Part shown: one piece after another, positions 1-7,814 of the stretch
Numbering within the stretch: the first letter of the stretch is position 1
How the letters are laid out: each line of letters starts with the position of its first letter
NCBI GenBank assembly: GCA_947501605.1
Contig: CANMWZ010000001.1
Location: forward strand, 1 to 64,000
Reading direction: 5' to 3'
Origin: Planctomycetota bacterium
Lineage (GTDB): Bacteria > Planctomycetota > UBA1135 > UBA2386
Length of the DNA: 64,000 bases
The notes under the pieces: model-generated
Databases searched by the model: none
The model's input: the letters and a program-made list of their open reading frames with translations, nothing else
Told to the model about the DNA's origin: nothing
Program-made: the position numbers and the translations under genes

Positions 1-249
1 AGTGCAGGGGGCGGCCTGCGGCCTGCCGGCAGCGATAGGCGACGAAGGCCAGAACCAGGCCGGCGGAAAATCGGAATCTGGTCCGAATCGGCGGTCCTCG
101 CGGGCTGCCAACTGAGTGGACCTTCGCGATGAGGCCGGTCGGCCCATCACTGAGGGGCAGCATTTCGTCGAACCGCCAAGGAAGGCCAGTGCCCGTTCGT
201 CCTCGAATGCGCGCCTCTGCGCTTGCCCGGTAGAGCACCATCCGGTGCG

Positions 250-789
250 ATGCGGCGCGTGGGTGCAGTGCTCGCAGTCGCAGACCTTTCGTTGCACCGT
301 GCCGGCGGCGGTGGGTTCTCGGTGCCGAGCCTCTGCCTGCAACCCGGCGAGGCCGCGGTCTTGGTCGGCCCTTCTGGCTGCGGCAAGTCGACGATCCTGC
401 GCGCCTTGTTCTCGCTGCCGCCGTGCGCTGGCCTCACTGCCACGGGCACCGTTCGCTTCGAAGGGCAACACCTCGGCGCGCTCACTGCCGCAGACGTGCG
501 AACGTTGTTGCGTACCCGCGTCGCCTTCCTTCTGCAGGACGCGGCTTCGGCCCTCGACCCGGTGCGCCGGATCAGCGATCAGATGCGGGCGGCCACGCAG
601 CGCGACGCCGCAGCGTGTCGGGACGAGCTCGCGGGACTGGGCGTCGACGGCGCTGATCGAGTGCTCCGGCGGTTCCCGCATCAGATCTCCGGCGGTCAGG
701 CGCAGCGCGTCCTCGTTGCCATTGCGTGCTTGCGTCGACCAGCGCTCGTCGTCGCCGACGAACCGACCGCCAACGAGAAGACCGAGTAG
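250..789 (+). pseudogene. Truncated ABC transporter ATP-binding subunit (oligopeptide/dipeptide OppD/DppD type)
   Basis: Walker A GPSGCGKS, signature FPHQISGGQAQR and Walker B VVADEPT are present. The frame stops at TAG 787-789 six codons after DEPT, so the D-loop (ALD) and H-loop are missing. Confidence 0.7.
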
Positions 790-1040
790 CGGGAGATGTT
801 TCATGACCAAGAGGCGCAGCCGAGAACTCGGAGCAGGGACTGGAGAGCAACTGCCCAAGCTAGCCGATCTACATCACGCATCAGATGGACGCTTTGTGCC
901 GAGCTCCGGGTTGCTGGTGCCGCGGCTTGCACGTCTCGCCCTGGCATTCGACTACGCTTGATGCTTCGTTCGCTAGAGCCGCAGGCACGCTCGCCAGACC
1001 ACCCGACACCGCCACACTTTGCCGACCCTGTTCCAGCCGC

Positions 1041-1556
1041 ATGTCCTCGCTCAAGTACCTGTCCGGTTATCCGCTCGAACTGCTCGACAAGGTGCAACAG
1101 ATGATCGACGGTGGCCGCCTGCATGCGCACTTGGCACAACGCTACCCCGACGGGCATGACCTGCGCACCGACCGCGCGCTCTACGAGTATGTCGTCACTC
1201 TGAAGAGCCAGTGCCTGCGCAACGCCGAGCCACTGGCGAAGGTGCTCTACGACAACAAGCTGCACGTCGTGCAGCACGCGCTCGGAACGCACACCACGGC
1301 CATGCGGCTGCAGGGTCAGAAACTGAAGAGCAAGCGTGAGATCCGGATCGCCAGTCTGTTCAAAGAAGCCCCGGAGCCGTTCTTGCGCATGATTGTCGTG
1401 CACGAACTCGCGCACCTCAAACACCGCGAACACGACAAGAAGTTCTACTCGCTGTGCGAGTCGATGGAGCCGGCCTACCACCAACTCGAGTTCGATGCAC
1501 GACTGTGGCTGTTGGCCAAGACCCTGCCGCCGCCGTCGCCGGACGCTACTCCCTGA
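1041..1556 (+). CDS. ygjP: YgjP-like metal-dependent hydrolase (M48-like/DUF45; UTP pyrophosphatase family)
   Basis: N-terminus LKYLSGYP, KREIRIASLFK segment, zincin motif IVVHELAH and HDKKFY resemble the short proteobacterial YgjP. ATG at 1041. Confidence 0.8.
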   Translation: MSSLKYLSGYPLELLDKVQQMIDGGRLHAHLAQRYPDGHDLRTDRALYEYVVTLKSQCLRNAEPLAKVLYDNKLHVVQHALGTHTTAMRLQGQKLKSKREIRIASLFKEAPEPFLRMIVVHELAHLKHREHDKKFYSLCESMEPAYHQLEFDARLWLLAKTLPPPSPDATP

Positions 1557-2162
1557 TCGTCGCACTCGCGTGCGTGCCCTGGGTAGAAGGCGTCCTACGC
1601 TGGCGCTCCTCGATGCCCGCGAGCAAGCGGGCAGATACCAAGGCCATGCGTGGCCGTAGCCAGGAAGTCGCGAGTGTGCTCGGTTGGTAGTGACGGACGA
1701 GCGCGTGCTCGAGTTGGACCGGCGAGTGGCGTCCGACCTGTCAAGTAAGGCCCTCAGCGCCTCGCCGTTCCCAAGCCGGTGCGGACGATCACCCATGACT
1801 GCCGGCGCCACGATGGCCCACGAACATGTGGTGCGATGGAGAAGCGATCGCGTACTCCGCGGTCCAATGCCGAGCGTCAGAACGGAGGTCCTACGCACGC
1901 AGCGTCACGATGCCGAGGAACCGTGACGTGGCCGATGGCGACCCATTGCGCACCGCCCGCCAGCGCCGACGCGACAGCCACCGCATGTCGGGACGTAGAG
2001 CCGCAGAGCCACTCCTGCTACCGGCGGTCCGCGTGCCCACCACGCAGCCCGCATCGAGAAGCCAGCCCTATTACCGAGGTCAGGCCTCGGTTTCCGGTCC
2101 CGTCCGTGTCGCAGCCGCCACGATGGGCCGCCGCACCAAGGGTCCCTCGCCAAGGCCTTCGC

Positions 2163-2249
2163 CTTCACTTTGCCTTCCCACAGATGAAGCCACCGCCAAC
2201 TAACAGCGTGGATTCCGTGTCTCTTCGCTCCATGTTCATGGCTTCTTCA
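2163..2249 (+). promoter_or_regulatory. Putative PHO-box-like 11-bp-period direct repeats (OmpR/PhoB family site)
   Basis: CTTCA 2163 and CTTCC 2174; CTTCG 2223, GTTCA 2234 and CTTCA 2245. Each set has exact 11-nt spacing and lies upstream of a phosphate-porin-like gene. Confidence 0.4.
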
Positions 2250-2331
2250 TCTGGCGGCGTTGACTCCCTGCTCATCGCAGGCTGCCTCGCCTCGCGCGGG
2301 TCGCCACACTCCTCTCGCATGGAATCAACCA

Positions 2332-3684
2332 GTGTCCTGGAACTGCTCTTCACTCCTTCTCGCCGCCGCCGCGTCGGTCGCCGCCGCGCTCCCCGCCCAA
2401 GCGCCGCCGGCACCCTCGGTGTCGCCGTCAACGCCGGCGACTCAGGATCCCAAGCCAGCGCCGACGACCATCGAAGACCGCCTCCAAGCGCTCGAGGACC
2501 ACGTCAAGGCCGCCGATGCCGAATTGGCTGAGCTGCGCAAGAAGGGCGTGAAGGCCGAGAGTCCAGCCAAGTGGTACGACAAGCTGAGCATCCGCGGCTA
2601 CGGTCAGATCCGCTACACCAGCCTCCTCGGTGAGGACAACACACCCAACCTCAACGTCCCCGCCGACCGCAGCGTCAACGAACCCGAGACCCTCGTCCTG
2701 CGCCGCGGCCGCGTGATCCTCAGCGGCGATGTCAGCGAGCGCGTGTTCGTCTATGCGCAGATGGACTTCGCCGCCTCGACGGGCTCCGGCGACCAGGCGC
2801 TGCAGATGCGCGACTTCTACGCCGACCTTGCCCTCGACGACGACAAGGAGTCGCGCGTTCGCGTCGGTAACTCCAAGGTCCCGTTCGGCTGGGTCAACTT
2901 GCAGTCGAGCCAGAACCGACTCGGCATCGAACGTCCCGACGCCATCAACTCCGTCGCCGAGGGCGAACGCGACATGGGTGCCTACTACATGTGGGCGCCA
3001 AAGCACGTGCGCGACCTGTTCCGCGACCTCGTGCGCTCCGGCCGCAAGGGCTCCGGCGATTACGGCGTGTTCACCGTCGGCGCCTTCACGGGCCAAGGCC
3101 CCAACCGCGCGGACCAGAACGGCGAAGTCCACGCGGTCGCGCGCGTGTCCTACCCCTTCGAGCTCGAGAACAAGCAAGTCGTAGAACTCGGCGTGCAGGG
3201 CTACACCGGCGACTATGTCGTCACCACGGCCGCGATCGGGGCCACGACGCCGACCGTGGACACCGAAGGCGTCACCGACGAACGCATCGCCGCGACCTTC
3301 GTGCTCTACCCGCAACCCTTCGGGCTCGAAGCCGAGTGGAACTGGGGCACGAGCCCGCAGCTCAGCGATAACCTCCTCACCATCGACGATGAATACGTCC
3401 AGGGCGGCTATGTCCAGGCGAGCTACATGATGAAGGGCGACAGCGGGACGTGGACTCCGTTCACGCGGTGGAACTTCTTCGACGGCGCGCGCAAGTTCGC
3501 GCGCAACGCACCGAAGGACGAGGTCAACGAACTCGACATCGGCATCGAGTGGCAAGCGACGCCCGACATCGAGCTGACCATGATGTACACGCACGCCTTC
3601 TGGCGCACCGACACCAGCACCGCGCCGTTCGACCGCGCGACCGACGACGACCGCATCGGCCTTCAGGTGCAGTTCAACTTCTGA
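2332..3684 (+). CDS. Outer-membrane porin, phosphate-selective OprO/OprP-like
   Basis: Signal peptide after GTG 2332, N-terminal coiled coil, IRGYGQIRY, LRRGRVILSG, GNSKVPFG motifs and C-terminal LQVQFNF beta-signal. Confidence 0.8.
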   Translation: MSWNCSSLLLAAAASVAAALPAQAPPAPSVSPSTPATQDPKPAPTTIEDRLQALEDHVKAADAELAELRKKGVKAESPAKWYDKLSIRGYGQIRYTSLLGEDNTPNLNVPADRSVNEPETLVLRRGRVILSGDVSERVFVYAQMDFAASTGSGDQALQMRDFYADLALDDDKESRVRVGNSKVPFGWVNLQSSQNRLGIERPDAINSVAEGERDMGAYYMWAPKHVRDLFRDLVRSGRKGSGDYGVFTVGAFTGQGPNRADQNGEVHAVARVSYPFELENKQVVELGVQGYTGDYVVTTAAIGATTPTVDTEGVTDERIAATFVLYPQPFGLEAEWNWGTSPQLSDNLLTIDDEYVQGGYVQASYMMKGDSGTWTPFTRWNFFDGARKFARNAPKDEVNELDIGIEWQATPDIELTMMYTHAFWRTDTSTAPFDRATDDDRIGLQVQFNF

Positions 3685-3693
3685 CGCTCGCGG

Positions 3694-5295
3694 TCAGCGG
3701 AGGTACAGCCGCGCCTCGCCGCGCTGCGCCACTAGGCGCCAAGGCGGCGCCTGCAGCGACGTCAGTCGATCGCTGCATTGTGCTGTCTGGTGCTCGAACT
3801 GCATGGTCACCAAGACAGCATTGGCACCGCAAGCGTCGGCACACGCAGCAAAGGTCGGCAGCCCACTCGCGACCTGAGGGCAAAGGACCACGTCGGTTCG
3901 AGGCACCATGCGCATCAGCAGGTCCCAGAACGCCGACAACAAGCGCACTTCGCCCGGCGGCAGGTGTTCCTTCAACAGCGCGAGGCCGTCGCGGTACTGC
4001 ATCGGCAGCGCCGGACCGCGGAACGGCCCTGGGACCGCCACGAGCAGCGCCACGACGACGGCGATGGTCGATGGCGCGATGGCGGGCCGCTGCCAAAAGA
4101 CCGGTGCGAGCGAGGCCAGTCCGCGGCAGAGGATCCACGCAAGCAGCGGAATTGTAGCGAGCCCGAGTTCGGGTCTCGCCGCCACGAACAGCGGCACACC
4201 CAGCACGAGCACGCTGGTCGCCAGGTACCACGGCAGCAGACTGCGAACATCGGTCGGCGGCAGGCCAGCGACGCGTCGCCTTTGCCAAAGGCCGCCGATC
4301 GCCAACAGAGTCGCGAGGGCCAACACACGACTCGACCACGGTCGCGGCAAGAACGTCGTGCTCCACGTGTACTCCAGGGCAAACGGCAGCACCGTCAGGT
4401 TCCGCGACACCATGGCGAGGACTGGTTCTGGATTGGATTGCAGCGCGTCGAGCACCGATCGGGCCCCAGGAAAGTCGCGCTCGATCCAACGGTCCGGCAC
4501 ATCGAAGGCCGCCTGGAGCTCAAACGGAACGAACCTCGCCCGCTCCGGATCGACCTTGCCCTCAAGCCGGACCCACTCCTCGGCGAGTTCTTGCAAACAC
4601 GCCTGCTGACCGTAGCTCTGCCGGAACGCCAACCACGCCCGATCCCGGTGGTCCGGACTTGCGGCCACCATCGCGGCGACCGCGACTGCGAGCGCAAGCA
4701 TCCCCAGCGACGAGCGCCGCCGCGCGCGCATCGACGGCAGCAGGACTGCACACATGGCAAACGCGAGCAGCCACGGCAGATTCTCAGCCCGCCCCAGCGA
4801 TACGAGACAGAGCATCCCAATGGCGAGCCACACCCGACCGCGAGCCATCGCACCGAAGCTCAGGAACACGAAGATCGCGTTGAAGGCGTAGACTCCAGGA
4901 CCGGGCACCGGCCCTTCTGCAGAGGCCTGGAGGATGATGGGCGAGGCCGCATACCACGTCGCCGCGACCACGGCGAGAGGCGAGGGTGCGACAGCCCGCA
5001 GAGCCCACCAGAGTGCGAGGCTACCGAAGCCTGCCGACAGCATCAGCATCGTATCAGGCAGGTGCCCGTCGATCGGAAACAGGGCAAGGCAGCCGTAGGC
5101 AAACGAGTAGAGCGGCCCCCATGCCAGACTGGGCATCGTGCCATGGGCGAACAGATCGACCCCAGCCAAGTAATAGACAATCTCGTCGGCCGCGTGCAGG
5201 TCGACGTGTTCCGTGAAGCCGACGAAACGGGTCCACACGACGAGGACGATGACCGCGAACTCAGCCGCAGCAACGCAGCGTGCTCGGCGCATCAT
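3694..5295 (-). CDS. Polytopic membrane protein, probable GT-C fold glycosyltransferase
   Basis: Acidic ADE motif after the first TM helix, WGPLY loop and many hydrophobic helices. ATGA overlap with the stop of the upstream GGDEF gene. Confidence 0.6.
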   Translation of the reverse strand: MMRRARCVAAAEFAVIVLVVWTRFVGFTEHVDLHAADEIVYYLAGVDLFAHGTMPSLAWGPLYSFAYGCLALFPIDGHLPDTMLMLSAGFGSLALWWALRAVAPSPLAVVAATWYAASPIILQASAEGPVPGPGVYAFNAIFVFLSFGAMARGRVWLAIGMLCLVSLGRAENLPWLLAFAMCAVLLPSMRARRRSSLGMLALAVAVAAMVAASPDHRDRAWLAFRQSYGQQACLQELAEEWVRLEGKVDPERARFVPFELQAAFDVPDRWIERDFPGARSVLDALQSNPEPVLAMVSRNLTVLPFALEYTWSTTFLPRPWSSRVLALATLLAIGGLWQRRRVAGLPPTDVRSLLPWYLATSVLVLGVPLFVAARPELGLATIPLLAWILCRGLASLAPVFWQRPAIAPSTIAVVVALLVAVPGPFRGPALPMQYRDGLALLKEHLPPGEVRLLSAFWDLLMRMVPRTDVVLCPQVASGLPTFAACADACGANAVLVTMQFEHQTAQCSDRLTSLQAPPWRLVAQRGEARLYLR

Positions 5296-6215
5296 GCGCG
5301 CACGCAGTTGCGCCCCGCAGCCTTGGCGCGATAGAGCGCTTCGTCGGCGCGACGAGTCAGACTCTCGAGAGTGCGACCAGCGGCTGGGGCACAGGCGAAA
5401 CCGATCGAGATCGTCGGGTTGACGAGCAGGCTGTTGTACTCGACTGCTTCGTCGGCCACGGCGGCGCGCATGCGTTCGCCAAGAGCGCCAGCGCCGTCGG
5501 CATCGCAATCCACAACGCAGGCCGAGAACTCGTCCCCGCCGAAACGGCTGACGACGCCACCCACTGGGGCGAGCAGCGCCCCGAGTCGCGCGCCGATGAC
5601 GCCGATGGAACGGCCGCCGACAAGGTGGCCATGGGTGTCGTTGAGCTTCTTCAGACCGTCGAGGTCCATCATGAACACCGCGAGCGGCCGGCCCCCGGCG
5701 ATGCAGCCGCGGATCATCTCTTGGACGCGCTGCTGGTAGACGCGCTGCACCGGGAGCCCGGTCAGATCGTCGATGTTCATCAGCTGGTCCACCGTCTGAT
5801 GGAACTCTGCTTCGACCTCGTCATGGAAGGTGAACTTCAGCACGGTTTCCCCGAGCACGATGCGCGCGCCATCCCGCAAAGCCGCGCGCTCGATCCGGGC
5901 ACCTTCGAGAAACGTGCCGTTGGTCGACTGTAGGTCGAGGATGTCCCAACCGTCACCCGCCGCCGAGCGCTCGATACGACAGTGGACGGCCGACACCTGC
6001 TGGTCCGACACGATGAGCAACTGCGCACGTTCCGGATGTCGGCCCACGACAAGGGCATCTTCGTTCAGCAGATAGCGACGACCGACCTCGACCCCGCGTA
6101 GCACCACCAGCACCGGCATGCGAGGGACGCGTGCCGACGTCAAATCGCGCGTGCGGAACACGGTTGTGCGCTGCAGCAGCGGGTCATCGTCGGGCAATGG
6201 CATGGACGGTGCCAT
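5292..6215 (-). CDS. FHA-domain diguanylate cyclase (FHA-GGDEF)
   Basis: FHA motifs VVGR, VSAVH, DLQSTNGTF; GGDEF-domain motifs DDLTGL, DLDGLKKLNDTHGH, RFGGDEF, ADEALYRAKAAGRN. Confidence 0.92.
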   Translation of the reverse strand: MAPSMPLPDDDPLLQRTTVFRTRDLTSARVPRMPVLVVLRGVEVGRRYLLNEDALVVGRHPERAQLLIVSDQQVSAVHCRIERSAAGDGWDILDLQSTNGTFLEGARIERAALRDGARIVLGETVLKFTFHDEVEAEFHQTVDQLMNIDDLTGLPVQRVYQQRVQEMIRGCIAGGRPLAVFMMDLDGLKKLNDTHGHLVGGRSIGVIGARLGALLAPVGGVVSRFGGDEFSACVVDCDADGAGALGERMRAAVADEAVEYNSLLVNPTISIGFACAPAAGRTLESLTRRADEALYRAKAAGRNCVRA

Positions 6216-6304
6216 GCTCGCGCAGTCCGACGCTCGGCGTCAAGCTGCACGGTCGCGCAACAGTTCTGTTTCGGTCGCCCCCAGGCAATCTACGATACCT
6301 GCAC

Positions 6305-7207
6305 GTGAGCGCCCCCTACTGCACCCTGGTCTACCTCTGCCTCGGTGCGGCACTTTCAGCCCAGGGTGCGGTGCTCGACGTACTCGACGGCGAGACGCTC
6401 TACGATGGCGGCTTTCTGTTCACCGTGGGCCAAGAAATCCAGCGGCGCGAGACGCTGCGCTCGGGTTCGCGGCGCGTCGACGACCCGCGCGCGATGCACG
6501 AACAAGAGCAGTCGACGACGATGGCGCTGCAGTATGGCCTGCGTCACGACCTGCAGATCGGCATTGCCGCGCAGTGGGTCGCCAATGACCAGATCCGCAA
6601 CGACGGCGAACTCCATGCCGAAGGTGTCGGCGACGTCGAGCTGCTGGCGAAGTACCGTTTCTTGCGCCTCGACGGCCGCGGCTTCGCCACCAACTTCGCG
6701 CTGCTCTCGGGCGTGTCGCTGCCAACCGGTGATGACGACTCGATCAGCAGCGGAACGGAGCTGACGCCCGATATCCAGGTTGGTAGCGGCAGCGTTGACC
6801 CCATGCTCGGCGCGGCCGTCACGCACGAACCAGGACGCTGGCGCTTCAACGCCGCGACGTTCTACCACCTGCGCACGGACGCCGACCGCGACGGCGACCG
6901 CCCCGGCAATGAACTGACGGTCGAACTCGCAGCTGGCAACCGTTTCTGGCTCGAACCCTACCCCGGCCCGTTCATGCGCCTCGACGTCGTCGGGCGCTAC
7001 TACCACTCCGAACGCGACCAGCAGGACGGTTCGGCACAGCAAAGCACCGGCGGCGAGCGATTCACCTTGGGCCTGAACTACGCCTTCCGCCCCCGACCTG
7101 CTCTTGACTTCCAGCTCTACGTCGAAGTCCCGATCGCCCAGCGCGTGAACGACACGCAGCTCGGCGTCGACTGGCAAGCGGACTTCACGATCGGCCATCG
7201 CTTCTGA
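6305..7207 (+). CDS. Outer-membrane beta-barrel 'transporter' (MetA-pathway-of-phenol-degradation/SphA-like)
   Basis: Signal peptide ending ALSAQ after GTG 6305; family-typical GVGDVELLAKYRF, SLPTG and GSGSVD segments; amphipathic strands; C-terminal F. Confidence 0.7.
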   Translation: MSAPYCTLVYLCLGAALSAQGAVLDVLDGETLYDGGFLFTVGQEIQRRETLRSGSRRVDDPRAMHEQEQSTTMALQYGLRHDLQIGIAAQWVANDQIRNDGELHAEGVGDVELLAKYRFLRLDGRGFATNFALLSGVSLPTGDDDSISSGTELTPDIQVGSGSVDPMLGAAVTHEPGRWRFNAATFYHLRTDADRDGDRPGNELTVELAAGNRFWLEPYPGPFMRLDVVGRYYHSERDQQDGSAQQSTGGERFTLGLNYAFRPRPALDFQLYVEVPIAQRVNDTQLGVDWQADFTIGHRF

Positions 7208-7227
7208 ACCGACCGACAACCACGATC

Positions 7228-7743
7228 ATGCGCCTTCATCCCGTTCTGCTCCCATTGCTGTTGACCGCCTGTGCTACGCCAGGCGTTCAACTCGTGCCGC
7301 TCGACCGAGACTTCGCGTTCCTCGAGATCGACCTCCGCGGTTGAACTTGAAACGAGGAGCTGCTGGGCCTCCAGCGGCTCTTCGAGGACCGGTTCGGTCC
7401 TACCCCTCAGATCGACCTCGACCAGCAAATCGCACGCGCCCGCGTACCCGAGCCACTGGAGCTCGACTTTCGTGACCTGAGAGACGGCGTCATGCGCAAC
7501 AACGTTGGCGTCGACCGCATCGTCGTGGCGCTGCGCGCGGACTGCGACGACGGTTTCGCGACCGCGATGCAGACGAAGCAACGGTGGGCCCTCGACGGCG
7601 CGGTCGATGCCGCAGCGCCTGGGGCATGGCACTGGTTCGCGGTCGAAGGGCTCGAGCTCGACTCGGAGATCCGGTTGTCGTGGATCGGAGCATCTACTGG
7701 CCCAGGCGATCGCCCCGCAGCGCTCCCACTGCAGCGCCGCTAA
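7228..7743 (+). CDS. Candidate di-selenocysteine (G-U-T-U) lipoprotein with HMA-like fold pattern; in-frame TGA at 7342-7344 and 7348-7350
   Basis: Reads MRLHPVLLPLLLTAC...FLEIDLRG*T*NEELLGLQRLFEDRFG and continues in frame into the track ORF 7492-7743. Lipobox LTAC. 171 codons. SECIS-like hairpin directly downstream of the TGAs. Confidence 0.75.
7354..7383 (+). promoter_or_regulatory. Bacterial SECIS-like hairpin
   Basis: 13-bp stem GAGGAGCTGCTGG/CCAGCGGCTCTTC (2 G-U pairs) with loop GCCT. The loop G is 16 nt after the second TGA and 22 nt after the first. Confidence 0.7.
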
Positions 7744-7814
7744 CGCTAGCATTCGAACTCCCCCCGCCTCCCCCCCAGGGCGCGCTGCTCCCACAGACGC
7801 CTCGAAGAGGACAG

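Noticed and set aside
1557..2160. Short ORFs between ygjP and the porin
   Set aside because: Arg/Pro/Ala-rich translations without motifs or codon bias, and no TGA+SECIS pattern found.
7492..7743. Stand-alone 83-aa ORF from the track
   Set aside because: Better explained as the C-terminal half of the 7228-7743 TGA-readthrough gene.
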